This document shows positions 22,761 to 36,938 of a stretch of DNA of 64,000 nucleotides, one piece after another. The position numbers and the translations under genes were made by a program. This DNA comes from Octopus bimaculoides (lineage: Eukaryota). The stretch lies in contig NC_068982.1 in the NCBI RefSeq assembly GCF_001194135.2, forward strand, positions 35,718,155-35,782,154. The letters are read 5' to 3'. Numbering within the stretch: position 1 is the first letter of the stretch; the number at the start of each line of letters is the position of its first letter. Below the pieces are notes generated by a model, which did not search any database, had not been told where the DNA came from, and saw only the letters and a list, made by a program, of their open reading frames with translations.

Positions 22761-24557
22761 AGAAACCTTCTGTGTTTAAAATGTCTGCTGATATTTCACA
22801 TTTCTTTTTCCTTTGACCCTTAAGCATTCAGATTACTCTGTCAGGTATAATACTTATTTATCCACATTGTTTTGAATTAATCATACATTATCTTGTAGCT
22901 TCAAGATTTTGATGATGTTGTTTATTTTTAGAATGACACAGCAAAATAGGTGTGAGAGGCTATATTTGGCCAGTTTGAACATAAAGCTGGTAAAATATTT
23001 GGGCCAGACACGGCCAGTTTAAATGCTAAAAGGTTAAAATAAATAGAAAACTAAAAGGTATACAAATATTTCAAAATAAAACTCTTTCCACAGACATAAA
23101 ACCCTTTTCATAAGGAACAGAAGTTATAGAAAACTGCAATGAAATCAGTGTATTACTGGTTTTGATCTTTTGACCCCAAAGTAGTGGAAAGCATACATAA
23201 CTCTCAACAGAATTTTAATTTTGGGCCACAGAACATCATACAAGTGGCAGTTAAACTTCTACTCTATTTCTCAATCCACCTGCTACCCTAATATTAAAAC
23301 ACCTGATCATAAATTATGTTACCTGGCCCTTGAAGTGAAAACATTAAAACACTACCAATTAATGTGTATAATTTTTTGTTTGTTCGTTTTTGCTTGTGGA
23401 GTTGCAACTGGAAGACTAAAATTTTAAAAGCCAAATATGAGTTCAGTATGGTCTCTTAAAAATCTTCCTCATATTTTATTATCAGGCCATTTGATTTTTT
23501 TTTTTTTTTATATTGGGGGTAGTCAGATTCTAGCTGTGTTAGTAACATAAATATTGAGTAAACAGTCTTCTTTCTTGAAATACAAGTTATTATACTACAG
23601 CAAAAATTTCGGTCTTCTGTAAAATATATTACTGGAGGGAGGAAGAGAGAGAATGTGTTTGCACGTGCTCTAAGTATTTATGTGGAGGTTCTTTTATTTT
23701 ATTTTGTTGTTTTTCTTTGTAACCTCAAATCTTTATGCTATAGACTATCTTAGCTTGTGTCTGTTTCAACTATAAAGACATCTGTAGAAAGTTTCATCAT
23801 GTCATCTAAAAGAATAAAAATTCAGTTTTCATTAATACTGTTGAAATTTAAGCAAAAAAAAAGTTTTTCAATAAAACTTATTCAAATAATATGAATTCAT
23901 GAATAATTATTGACATCAATGAAGGAAAAAAATTCCTTAATTACAAATAAATATTGTTTTTAATGGATTGTATACAATATCTTTTCCACTAAAAGTCATG
24001 TTTATATACCACACCTTGCTTTCAAACAAGATACATTAAAAGATTCAATTACCTTATCTATTTCAAAGAGCAGCAGAAATGAGTTAAGCTCCTACCTTAC
24101 TGAATCTATGATGCAGTTTCGATTCAGATGGTATTTTCTTTTCATTGTTAATCATTTTTTTTTTTCTCCTCAAAGTATTTTTAACATAATATCTTTATGA
24201 TGTAATTTCCTTCTCCCTCACCTATGAATCCTTGGTCTCATATCTCATTTCTTTTATTAGGAGGCTTATTGCTTTTTTGTGGGATTATAATTACCATTAT
24301 TGCGTCATTTACTACTCAACATAATCCATTAACTGGACATTCTTTACTATAAATTTTTCATTATTATATTAATATAATTATCAAAGATGAAGAGTGGTAA
24401 AATCAGTAGAATACAGAAAGTGTCCTCTACTGTATTTGGTTATGTTCCTTTTACATTATGAATTCAAAGTGCACTGAAGCCAACTTGTCTTTTATCTGAT
24501 TATGAAGTCTTTAAACTAAGTATTAGTAAAGTACTAAGGTTGAAATCATCAACACTA

Positions 24558-24631
<74 letters not shown>

Positions 24632-25986
24632 AAATGTGTAGTTGTATGCCAGTATTAGAAATTAAAACAGGCACCATGTGACAGATTTATGAACCTATAA
24701 TCTAATTTTGGTACTTCGTTGTACCTTAAATTATTAAGGAAAGACACTTCCTACCTGCTATAGTAATTAGGAAATTTTTCCCTAAAATGTATTTTACCAT
24801 TTAAGAGATAGATAGAATAAAATGGTGGTATTAAGCAAACCACTTAGAAACAGTACAGTGTTCTAAAGCAGTGTTCCACAACCTTTTTTTCACTTCCGGT
24901 ACACTTATATTCTTTTCAAGATTCGGTGACACACCTGAACTAAAAATATAACTAAAAGTATAGGGAAAAAATTATATTCAGGTTACACTCTGGCACACCT
25001 AGCATCGTTTCATGGCACACCAGTGTGTCATGGCATACCGTTTCTACAGAATTAATACAATTTTTGTTTTGACTCTAAGAGAGAGACATATTTCACTTTA
25101 TTCATGTCATGTTTCTAATATCATTACAGAAGTGCATAAATTTTCATCATGCTCTCAGTCAATATTGTTAATACACCCCCTTGATGTAAAGCAGATTCAT
25201 CGACTCATTTTTATCCCTGCTTCCTCAGTCCTGTCCTTAAAATCTTCTTTGGTAGCAATTTTCCAAGTAGTAAGTTCATTTCCATGAGAGTAGAAAAGAC
25301 AAAGAATCCACCCACAAAGTCTCAACTAAATTCGACTTTCATTTATCATTAAGAGAAAGTAGGACCTACTTTCATTTGTTAAATTGTTAATTTTTTTCTT
25401 TTCCACCATTTAATTGGCTATGTATTTAGTATTTTTTATAAATGGTCTCTATTGCCAAAGCCCTTATTAGTAGTTACCCACTCTACCACTAATAAAATAG
25501 GGAACATAAACTAATTTTACATTTGTTTGAACTGTTCTTTTATGTTCTTGTGTAACTGATTGACTTTAATTCTTTTGATTATTACCCTTGTAATATTTCA
25601 AAAAGTTCTATTCATCTTTCTGTGTGAAATAAAAGAAAGTCTGGTGTTTGTGGGTGGGTGCGGTCTGTGTGTCTGTCTAATTAATGTATGAATGTAAACT
25701 TTGTGGAATATTTACATAAGTATGTTGTTTCTTTAGCTAAATTTCTACTTCTAGACACAAACCAAACAAACTTTGAACAAAGATTGTATACATTAGTAAA
25801 CTCTGTTAATATAAACTACAAATTATATTGGCAAAAAAAAAACTGACTAATTAACTCAAAGCTGCAACAGTAATAGTTGGCTTTGTTGGTAGTTCTGATC
25901 AACTCAAGCAAACCACAAACAATTGTTTCATCATAAACAATTGATGTATAACTGACTGCATAAAGCGTAGGTTTCCAAATTGAGGA

Positions 25987-26081
25987 TTATGCTGACTTTT
26001 TTTGACTGAGGTATAGGACAAGTGGATAAATTACACATGCAAATGATATTTGGTGGAAATACTTCAACAGATATTGAAAAC
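25987..26081 (-). CDS. Candidate terminal exon of the unidentified minus-strand gene (FQYLLKYFHQISFACVIYPLVLYLSQKKSA*)
   Basis: Acceptor ttgcattttag. The phase-1 frame ends in a hydrophobic stretch and KKxx. An alternative frame is also open. Confidence 0.22.
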
Positions 26082-26347
26082 CTAAAATGCAAACTGGGTC
26101 TCGAGAAATCTTTTATAAAAAGAAAAAGTACATATACAAGCTTGACTCTTAATTCCAAAAGCTCTTGTATAATTTCTTTCTTTACAAATGTGTCATTTTA
26201 AATGTACTTCTTAAAATATTCTACCTTTTACTTAAAATTCTACTTTTCTTTCATCCCACCCAGAAAAAAAATCTAACCACTAACACCAAATTCTTCTCAA
26301 AAAAATCAATCTTTATACTTGTACTCCTTTTTTCATTTTTCTTTGTT

Positions 26348-26384
<37 letters not shown>

Positions 26385-27164
26385 ATACTCAAGATCATAT
26401 ACTCAATATGTAACACAATATGCAAAGATCCCTTCCCTATCCTCAGCATAAACAATCGTACTCATTGTATATCTTAACCGTCACCAAACCTACTACCATA
26501 ATATATCTAAAACCCTCCAACCCATCTTCGCTCTATCTTCCACTTGGTTTTTTTTTCTTTTTTTTTTTATGTCTACCCAAAAACTCCATCTTACTGTTTT
26601 TCTATAATTTGATAACTGAAGGTTTTGATTCTTACAAGCTGTCTTTTCTCCCTTTTACTATAACTAAACTATTTTTCATTGGTATTTTTCTACGTTTTTT
26701 TTTTCTTGTTTTTGTTTTTGTTTGAGTTGATTTCTCCCTCCCCTTCAACTCTTTAGTGTTTATCTTTGTGGACACAGCTGTTTCTCATAAGTGTGTGCAC
26801 GTGTATGTATGTATTTTTTTTCCAGTGTCTATATGCAAGAGTGCGTGCAGTTCTATGATCAAATGTATATATAATATATATGTGTGTATATATATACATA
26901 TATATATGTATATGTATGTATGTATATCTTGCTTATGACTGATTTCATAAATTTATATATATAGTTATAAATATATAAGTGTGTGTATGTGCATATGTAT
27001 GTATATGTGCGTGCACGCTTAATTGTGTACAATTATGATTCAATATATGTATATATTTGCATGAACGAATAAATTTGCAAATCTTTGAGAGTTTGCAGTG
27101 AAGAATAGAGCGAGTGTTTTATGGGAAGGTTTACAGTTATATGAGTGAGTAAATCAAAAGTATA

Positions 27165-27245
<81 letters not shown>

Positions 27246-27257
27246 TTATATATATAC

Positions 27258-27291
<34 letters not shown>

Positions 27292-27625
27292 ATATATATT
27301 CCCAGTCCTCCAGAACCATTCTTGGCATTCCGTAGCCTTGCCGTTGTGTGCAAGTTGTCAGAGAGATTCGCTGTGTCCAGCTTGCTAGCCATGTTACATG
27401 TGAAACGTGCTTGCACACATTGCCTATCTTACTATACCAACCACTATGTCTAGCTGTTGTGATTAAAAGCACCTTACTACTCTGGCCTCAAATGATGCTG
27501 CCAGATTGTATTATAGTTATTGTGACTAAATAAATAGACACACTTCTTAAATACTACCACTTGCTTTAGATTTTTTCTCTTTTACTTGCTCTAACTCTCT
27601 CTCTTTCTCTCTCTGTTTCTTTCCT

Positions 27626-27661
<36 letters not shown>

Positions 27662-28651
27662 CCTCTATTTCTTTCTTCATCATTTCCTTTCATACATGAT
27701 GATTCAAAGATAAAAGAAACGGGAAGAAAAAAATAGAGAAAAATAAATATATCTTTTCTTCAAGCTTGCTAACTTCTTGGCAAGTTCTCAAAATTGTTAA
27801 ACTAAAAATATATATATATATATATTAAAAAAGAAATGTCTTGTTAAAAATAACATGTAATATAATTAATGATAATAACAATAATAATAATAATGATAAT
27901 ATTAATAATAATAATAATATAAATAAAATAAAACAAAATGAACTTTACTGTTAAATTTATCGTCAAATAACTAAAATTTGTAAAATTTCAAATTAATTCT
28001 GAATTCAGACTTTTTCATTTTNNNNNNNNNNNNNNNNNNNNNNNNNNNNNNNNNNNNNNNNNNNNNNNNNNNNNNNNNNNNNNNNNNNNNNNNNNNNNNN
28101 NNNNNNNNNNNNNNNNNNNNNNNNNNNNNNNNNNNNNNNNNNNNNNNNNNNNNNNNNNNNNNNNNNNNNNNNNNNNNNNNNNNNNNNNNNNNNNNNNNNN
28201 NNNNNNNNNNNNNNNNNNNNNNNNNNNNNNNNNNNNNNNNNNNNNNNNNNNNNNNNNNNNNNNNNNNNNNNNNNNNNNNNNNNNNNNNNNNNNNNNNNNN
28301 NNNNNNNNNNNNNNNNNNNNNNNNNNNNNNNNNNNNNNNNNNNNNNNNNNNNNNNNNNNNNNNNNNNNNNNNNNNNNNNNNNNNNNNNNNNNNNNNNNNN
28401 NNNNNNNNNNNNNNNNNNNNNNNNNNNNNNNNNNNNNNNNNNNNNNNNNNNNNNNNNNNNNNNNNNNNNNNNNNNNNNNNNNNNNNNNNNNNNNNNNNNN
28501 NNNNNNNNNNNNNNNNNNNNNNNNNNNNNNNNNNNNNNNNNNNNNNNNNNNNNNNNNNNNNNNNNNNNNNNNNNNNNNNNNNNNNNNNNNNNNNNNNNNN
28601 NNNNNNNNNNNNNNNNNNNNNNNNNNNNNNNNNNNNNNNNNGATCTCATAC

Positions 28652-28683
<32 letters not shown>

Positions 28684-29418
28684 ATGTTTATACACATATG
28701 TATGTGTGTGTATGTATATATACATACATACAATGGGCTTCCATTGGTTATTTAAACTGAAACTATTATTGTAATGAAAAGAAAACATCATTAGCATTAA
28801 CAAAAATTATTCTAAAAGGTGAAAAAAAAAAACTCTTAAAAGATCAAAAATTAAAATAAGTTATGAAAAGTGTAGTGAGTCTGATCCTTGATCACTATGG
28901 TGACAACTCCAAATATATTTTGGTCTTATTGAACCTCCTTAGCTAAGCATTTTCAACATACAGCTACCTGATCACAGGATAACCTGGGGAGTTTGGGAAA
29001 ATTTCCCAAAGCTCCTTCTGGCTGAAGAATGTATTTTTAAGCGGAAATTCATGGTATCTGCAGTTATATCAGGAATAAACAAGAGAGCCTCAACATTGAT
29101 GCTTAATCTGCTAAAACAACAGACAAATCTGCCCTAAATGAAACTCCAGTATTTTAATCAAAGAAGAACACATTGGATGATGTAGTCCTAGATACCCCTA
29201 AACACATGGAATAGTCATAACTCGAATACTTTTGGTCACAGATTTACTCATTCAAAGTTGACCTTGGGTTCAGCAACAAGTATTGAAATATAAGTTAACT
29301 TCACTCAAATCAAGTATAGATGGACAGATGGATACCTGTATATATATATGTGTGAGTGTGTGTATATATATATAATGTATATATATGTGTGTGTGTGATG
29401 TCTCTGATATAAAAATCT

Positions 29419-29452
<34 letters not shown>

Positions 29453-29791
29453 AAATAGTGAATGAGTATATGCATATATACGTACAGGTATGTGCGTACC
29501 GACATCCACCTGTATGTATAGGTGCATATCTGGGTACAGGACATTGCAAACAAAACGTAGACGAGAAAACACACAAGCCACATAGAGAACATTCTACTTC
29601 ATCAGCTACCCCCGTTTATTCTCTTACACATAAAAAAACACAGCTACCCACTGAACTAACAACACACACATCTTGTGTATGGGTGTTCGATTTTTGCACA
29701 CACACACACACACACACATATATAGGTGCAAGTGTAGCTAAGTGGTAAGAAGTTTGCTTCCCAACTACATGGTTCCGGGTTCAGTCCCACT

Positions 29792-30352
29792 GTAAAGGTG
29801 GAAATAGCATGAAAGTATGTTTAAAGATTGTTTTATATTTGTTACATTAAGCAACTTTTATAAAATATTGCTGGTTTTGGTGTATATGTCCATCTTATCA
29901 AATATCAAAAATTCAAAGAAAAAATTAGGAAATAAGGAAAAATTGGCAATTAAAAACAGTTTGTATTCATATTTTGCGTGTAAAGAACATCTTTGGAATT
30001 GTATCTTAAGGTCTCTTCTTATATATGTTGTCTATGTAGAGGTCTGAAATGGGATTCAAAAGGTCAAGTATGTAGGGGTTTGGAAACCCCATTTCAGACC
30101 CCAACATAGACAACATATATAAGAAGAGACTTTAAGATAAAATTCCAAACATGTTCTTAACTACACACAAAATATGAGAACAAACTGTTTTAAATTTCCT
30201 ACTTTTTCTTATTTCCTAATTTTTGACTTTGAATTTTTTATATTTGATAAGATGATCATACATATCAAAACTAGTGATATTTTATAAAAGTTACTTAATG
30301 TATCAAATATAAAACAATCTTTAAATAAACGTTCATCCTGTTTCCACTTTAC
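29792..30352. mobile_element. ~560-bp foldback element/MITE forming a long hairpin
   Basis: 29792-30057 is an imperfect inverted repeat of 30083-30352 (roughly 80-85% by eye) with a ~25-nt spacer. Confidence 0.85.
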
Positions 30353-30644
30353 TTTTTAACTATAACTTCTGATTTGTATGGATTATTAACCCCTTTTCAA
30401 CTATATACATAGATAGATAGATAGATAGATATATGTGTGTGTGTGTATAAAGAGAGAGAGAGAGTGAGAGGCATACACACATACACGTGTGTATATATAA
30501 CACATTCATTATAAAAAAATAAGGCAAGTTGCCATTGCCAGTTTTGTTAACACTCAGACACTCAGATATGATGTTTCACTAAAATTTAAATACTTTGTAG
30601 TAGGAATTATATCATAAATGAATCAGGAAGACTGCATTTCTTAC

Positions 30645-30722
30645 ATTTAGCAGTTCTTATATTCCACTGGTTTACATTGTTGAAAGCGTTGCAAGAGGAG
30701 AGTGAGTACTCTATGTTCCTGC
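30645..30722 (-). CDS. Candidate internal exon (GRNIEYSLSSCNAFNNVNQWNIRTAK)
   Basis: Weak acceptor ttcatag and donor AAT|gtaaga; 78 nt, open in phase 1/1. Confidence 0.28.
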
Positions 30723-30764
30723 CTATGAATCTCTTGTGGTAGGCAGAGAGGGATAAATTTTATA

Positions 30765-31346
30765 GTACCTCTGCCTTAAGAATTTATTGAATCATACCTC
30801 AACCTCAAGAATTTATTGAATGATACTTCTTCAAAAATTGTTGAATGGTATGTTTTCTGCCTCAAGAATTAATTGAACGGTACTTCTGCCTCAAGAATTA
30901 ATTGAATGTACCACTGCTTCAAGAATTGAATGGTACCTCTGCCTCAAGAATTAATTGAGTGGTATCTCTGCATCAAGAATTAACTGAGTGGTACCTCTAC
31001 CTCAAAAATTAACTGAATGGTACTTCTGCCTCAAGAAATGAGTGGTACTTCTGCCTCAAGAATTTATTGAATGATACCTCTTCATCAAGAATTAATTGAA
31101 AAGTACTTCTTCTTCAAGAATTAAGTGAATGGTACCTTTACTTCAAGAATTGAGTAGTAGTACCTCTGCCTCAAGAATTTATTTGAATGGTACCTTTGTT
31201 TCAAGGACTGAATGGTACTTCTGCCTCAAGAATTAATTAAATGGTGCCTCTGCCTCATGAATTAATTGAATGGTACCTCTGCCTCAAGAATATTTTGCAT
31301 AGTTCCTCTGCCTAAAGAATATTTTGCATAGTTCCTCTGCCTAAAG
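30765..31346. repeat. Minisatellite of about 20 copies of a 29-bp unit (gaatggtacctctgcctcaagaattaatt) with 25-bp deletion variants
   Basis: Units are contiguous with no unique spacers. Confidence 0.92.
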
Positions 31347-31726
31347 GTGGTGAGTTCACAAATTCTTTAGAATTTTGGATAGAATGCTTTGTTTTGACTC
31401 TAAGTGCTCTGAGTTCAAACTTCACCAACGCCATCTTTGTTTTTCATCCTTTCAGTTTGTTCAAGGCAAGGGATTAGTGGGATTATTAGAGCATCCTTGA
31501 AATATCAGTTCTGGATCTGTGCATTCTGATTTTAAGTCCTGCTCGTCACCAACAAAAAAAAATTGGTTCTTCCGTTTGGAGGGGTAAGATGCAGATTGTA
31601 TCAGAAATGGGGAAAAAAAACTATGGGACAATTTCTTTGATTCAGTCAGAAGAAGATCAGCTGGCACCACCACCTCTTGCCATCTCTTGGTTTGAACTCA
31701 AGATGGCAGGTTAATGAAAAACTCAC

Positions 31727-31780
31727 CAATTATGCAGTAGTGTTTGGAGCAGGACTCAGCAAATTGGTCAATATTGACCC
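31727..31780 (-). CDS. Candidate internal exon (GVNIDQFAESCSKHYCIIG)
   Basis: Acceptor actcctacag and donor TTG|gtgagt; 54 nt; only the phase 1/1 frame is open. Confidence 0.35.
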
Positions 31781-34700
31781 CTGTAGGAGTTGGGGTTTAT
31801 GTGTTGAAAACCCAATCAATGCAATATGATTGATTTTTATTGTTCTTTATTAATTTCATTAAGTATTCATCTTTTCTTTTGTCTTTTCCTTTACTTGTTT
31901 CAGTCATTAGTCTGTGGTCATGCTGGGGCACCACCTTAAGGAATTTTCTTCCAACTAATTAACCCCCGTGCTTATTTTCTTTTTAAGCCTGGTACTTATT
32001 GTATTGTTCTCTTTTGCCAAACCACTAAGTTACAGAGGCATAAACACACCAATACCAGTTGTGAAGGGGTGGTGGAGGACAAACACAGACAAAAACACAC
32101 ACACTAAGATATATATATATGACAGACTTCTTTTAGTTTCCATCTACCAAATCCACTCACAAGGCTTTGGTCACCCCATGGCTATAGTAGAAAACACTTG
32201 CCCAAGATGCCACACAGCAGGACTGAACCCAAAACCATGTGGTTGGGCAGCAAGCTTCTTACCATACAGCCACGTTTGCATCTATTTACATATTCCTTTA
32301 AAAATTTCTTATTTAAAAGCAATAATAGCACAAAAGAATGAAGGAATTATTGTTTTTAAATCAAGAAATTTTTAAGTAGTTATACTTATTAATTTTATTT
32401 TCAAAATTTACATGATGGAGGTCAATAAGTTATCAACAATTCCATGAAGAAGTAAATGAAATAAGTTTGCCAACTCCTGATTTAGAGTGATGAATTGTAC
32501 CAACAATGCATGGTACCTATTTACAACTTAGTGGACTGCATCAGAGAAAGTTTAGGGACCTAGTCAGAAATACTGTACAGTATATATGAATAAAACTGTC
32601 AAATCCAACAGCGTATCAAAAGTAGAGAATGTAACAATTCAGTATCCATGTTTTTTCCTGTTTCCAACCAAAATTGTAATGGGATGTCAATCTACAAAAG
32701 AAGAAAGATTTATAAATTATTTCCAATGTTGTGTGATGTCTCTGATATAAAAATCTCAATGCTCAAAGATCCTCTGTATCTTGGCTGTAAAATATAGCTT
32801 ATCTTTTATCTCTTATTTGTTTCAGTCATTACACTGTGGCCATGCTGGAGCACCATCTTGTGGAATTTTAGTAGAATGAATCGATCCCAATACTTATTTT
32901 GTTTTTTTTAGTCTAGTGTCTATTCTGTCAGTCTCTTTTCTGAACTGCTAAGCTATGGGGATGTAAACAAACCAAGACAGGTTGTCAAGCAGTGGTGGGG
33001 ACAAACACATACACACACACACATACATACATAACACGCACACACATATATATATGTGACAGGCTTCTTTCAGTTTCTGTCTAACAAATCCACTCACAAG
33101 GCTTTTGTCGGCCCAAGGCTACAGTAGAAGATGCTTGCCCAAAGTGCCAAACAGTGGGACTGAACCCGGAACCATGTAGTTGGGAAGCAAACTTCTTACC
33201 ACTTAGCTACACTTGCACCTATATATGTGTGTGTGTGTGTGTGCAAAAATCGAACACCCATACACAAGATGTGTGTGTTGTTAGTTCAGTGGGTAGCTGT
33301 GTTTTTTTATGTGTAAGAGAATAAATTCTCAATGCCCCTGGCATAAAACACCTGAAAGTAAGTCATAGACAAGTGAGATAACTTACATTAAATCCTTTTT
33401 CTTTTTTTTATTTTGAAGCAACCAAATATACATATCACCAAAGAAATGTAGTTCAATGATGTAAACAAAAGCATGTACAGACTAACTCGTCATTCTGTAT
33501 GAAGATCAAAATATTTCTTGAGTTTTCTTTTATATATTTGCTGGATATATGTAAAGAAATATATTAAGATAGCTAGTTTAGTTTTTTTTTTTTTGTTTTT
33601 TCTTTTATCAGAACTTTGTTTCTAATAATGCAGAACTTGTAATACACACATATATTTATCATTATCATTGTCATCATCATCATCATTCTTTCATTCTTTT
33701 ACTTGTTTCTGTTATTTGACTTTGGCCATGTTGGAACACCTCCTTGAAGGGTTTTAGTCAAACAAATTGACCTTAGGACTTATTTTTTGAGCCTAGTACT
33801 TATGCTATCAGTCTTTTTTGCCAGACTGCTAAGTTATAGTGTAAACACACCAGCATCAGTTGTCAACCAGTGACGGGGGACAAACACAGATACAAAGACA
33901 CACACACACAGATATATATATATATACATACATTACCGATTTTATCAAGTTGCCAGCATGGGAATAAAAACCATCAAAGGTAATAATTATTTAAAATTAT
34001 AATTTAGGGTATCTAAGAGATACCACCACAATAAATGTTCATATAGCACCAGGAGAGAAGACGAATAGACAAAATAAGTTTCTGTCTACCAAATCCACTC
34101 ACAAGATTTTAGTTGGCCCAGAGCTATAGTAGAAGTAGAAGACACTTGCCCAAGATGCAACATTGCGGGACTGAACCCGGAACCACACAGAAATGCCTGC
34201 ACCATCATCATTTAATATCTATGTTCCATGCTGGCATGGGTTGAACAGTTTGATAGGATCCAGTGAGTCTAAAGACTGCAAGATGTTCCAGTGTCTGTTT
34301 CTGAATGGTTTTTATGACACCACTTTACAGTAAGTACTGGGTGCTTTTTTATACATGTCACCAACACTAGTGAGATCACCATACTGCTTGCAAGATTACA
34401 GACCCCAAGAGATGTGGCTTTGTACTAGGAGATGAAGGATTAAGGCATGAGAGAATGATTCAGAGCAGAACGGGATTTTTATAGCTACATCCATTTTAGA
34501 AGAGGAGGGCAAGGGTAATCAGAGTGAAGCAGGGAAGAGATAAAAGAGTGGTGTGCATGGACTCTCTCAAGTTATGAGGTGAGTGAAAGTGAAAAGGTGC
34601 AGAAGAATCAGGAGTATGGGTAGGTAGAGGTTGTAAGAGTCATGTAGAATAGGTGAAGGGTGATTAAAATAATGAATGGAGAACAAATGTTGAGTAGAAT

Positions 34701-35005
34701 TGATAAGTAGGGCATAGGGAAGAGTAAGTGACAACTGTAAAAACTGAATAGGGTTGAGAGATGAACACAGTAAATGATGGATAAGGAGTGGAGGGGTGAC
34801 TAATGATGCAGTGGGGTGAAATAGCAACCAAACCTCCTTTAAATCATACCTTTAATGAATGTGTACACCTTACTGGACTAGCCTACTAAGGAGGATGTTG
34901 AGGTATCCAGCAGGATTAAAAAAAAAAAACTGTCAGTAACAAACAAGCTCCTTGAGACTCAGTGCACTCCTATCCTGAGAAGGAAGTGAGTGCCATGAGA
35001 ATTAC

Positions 35006-35086
35006 CAAGCCCAGTAAAATATTTGAATATAATTTATATCGATATTTAATTCCATACACAACAGACCAAACACATAAAGCCCAGAA
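35006..35086 (-). CDS. Candidate internal exon (FWALCVWSVVYGIKYRYKLYSNILLGL, or the alternative frame SGLYVFGLLCMELNIDINYIQIFYWA)
   Basis: Pyrimidine-rich acceptor ctgtcttttacacgtctctcag and donor TTG|gtaatt; 81 nt; two frames are open. Confidence 0.33.
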
Positions 35087-36727
35087 CTGAGAGACGTGTA
35101 AAAGACAGGGGAAAGAACAAATATTCAGATGCTCCAACAGCAGAAATGTTATTGGAAGAATGGAACTGAATCCATCATCACCACCACCCTCATCATCACC
35201 ACCATCATCAACATCTAATAATAATAAAAGCAATAATAATAATAATAACATCCATTTTTCCTTGCTTACATGGGTCACATGGAATTTGTTGAAGCATATT
35301 TCTTACAGCCTGATGCCCCTCCTGTTGTCAACTCTCTTTTCATAACCATTAATTTACGAAGTATGAGAAGTGAATATAAATTTATTTAACCACCTGTCTT
35401 CCATAGGGTTACATCTGTTTTGCAAACTTCTTCTAGTATTAATTTCAGCATACAAGAAATGTATATATATGCAAACACACAATGGTCTTCTTTCAGTTTC
35501 CATGTAATTAATCCACTCAGAAGGCTTTAGTCAGTCCAGAGGTAAAGTAAAAGACACTTGACCAAAGTGTCACACAGTGGGATGGAACAAGAAAACATGC
35601 TGTTGAGAAGAAAACTTCTTACCACAAATTCACACCTGTGCACCTATTGATAGCATTTGCATTAAATATTACTTTTGTAGCCATAAAAGAAAAGATTGTT
35701 TGAATTAAATATTCTTCTTTCTAGAAAAAAATTAAAAGTTTATTGTCATTCCATCAATGAAATATTTAGGGAAGATGGAGAACAATTCAAGTAGTAGAAA
35801 CAATGGCACAAAATACTGAGTTTAAATTTCACCGAGATCAACTTGGCCTTTTAGCCTTTTAGGATAAAATACAACACCAGTAAGTACTAAGATATATGTT
35901 GACTATACTCTCACCAAAAGTCATGACCTAATGATAATGTGGAAATTCAATATCCGCTTATAACCATTTAAACTCTGAATTTAAATTCATCAGAGCTAAA
36001 ATTTCTATTTCATTATTTAAGTTGATAAAGTATGTTACCAGATACATGAGTTTTATTCAGTCGACTACATGCCTCATACAAGAAATCAATACACGGCAAA
36101 AAAATGACACAAACTGTGAAACACCAGACTAAAAATGATTCTTAATATTTAGTTATGTTTTGAGTTCAAATTCCGCTGAGGTCGACTTTACCGTTCATCA
36201 TTTTGGGGTCAATAAAATAAATACCAATTGAGCACTGAGGTTGATGTAATCAACACACCCTCTTGCCCATATTTGCTGGCCTTGTACCAAAATTTGAAAC
36301 CAACATTTTGTTTCATAAAGGCGTTGAGCTGGCAGAATTGTTACTGAACCAGCCAAAATGCTTAGCGGCATTTCATCCATCTTTACTTTCTGAGTTCCAA
36401 TTCCACTGAGGTCAACTTTTGCCTTTCATGCTTTAAAGGTCAATAAAATAAGTACCAGTTGAACACTGTGGTCAAAGTAATCGAGTTACATTTCCACCCT
36501 GAACTTGCTGACCTTGTGCCAAAATTTGAAACCAAAATTTAGTTCTGTCTATTTTCTTTCTGCATTCAACTACTGCTGAAGATCTGAAGATGTGAAAGCA
36601 CCCTGCATGTCTTGGAATTGATCCAAGCAACTATATACTTTAGCTGAAAAAAATTATACTCTCAAGTCAGTAAAGCTGACTAATTTTGTAGCACACCTTA
36701 TCACTCTTAAATAGCACAATGACGTAC

Positions 36728-36825
36728 CACAAACCGCAGGTGAAAATCCTGTGATAAGGCAATTATCAGACGTTGAAGTAGATATTTGTTTTCTTCGAAT
36801 ATCCGAGGGAGCAGCTTCTTAATTA
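36728..36825 (-). CDS. Candidate internal exon (VIKKLLPRIFEENKYLLQRLIIALSQDFHLRFV)
   Basis: Strong acceptor ccttgtcttgctcttgtttcag and donor GTG|gtacgt; the single open frame is phase 1/0. Flanked by putative introns of 85 and 84 nt. Confidence 0.42.
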
Positions 36826-36910
36826 CTGAAACAAGAGCAAGACAAGGTGTGAATTTATGGGTTTCAACATTTTTTGTTTGTTTTAAACACAGACATGAAG
36901 TCCTACTCAC

Positions 36911-36938
36911 CTTGATCTTCATAGCTAAATATCAGGTT
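36911..36938 (-). CDS. Candidate micro-exon (NLIFSYEDQ)
   Basis: Donor AAG|gtgagt; acceptor gcttttag gives phase 0/1, matching the next exon. The upstream alternative acceptor at 36952 is closed in all frames. Confidence 0.33.

Noticed and set aside
29599-29605. Minus-strand CUGAUGA hammerhead core
   Set aside because: No GAAA or compatible stems follow. Similar isolated CTGAAGA hits near 3392, 20134, 36576 and 51792 also fail.
30645-30722. MBOAT assignment from WNIRTAK
   Set aside because: The spacing of upstream residues does not fit and no other MBOAT motifs appear in neighbouring candidate exons.
30765-31346. CRISPR-like array of ~29-bp repeats
   Set aside because: The units are contiguous with no unique spacers, there are no cas genes, and the context is eukaryotic; it is a minisatellite.
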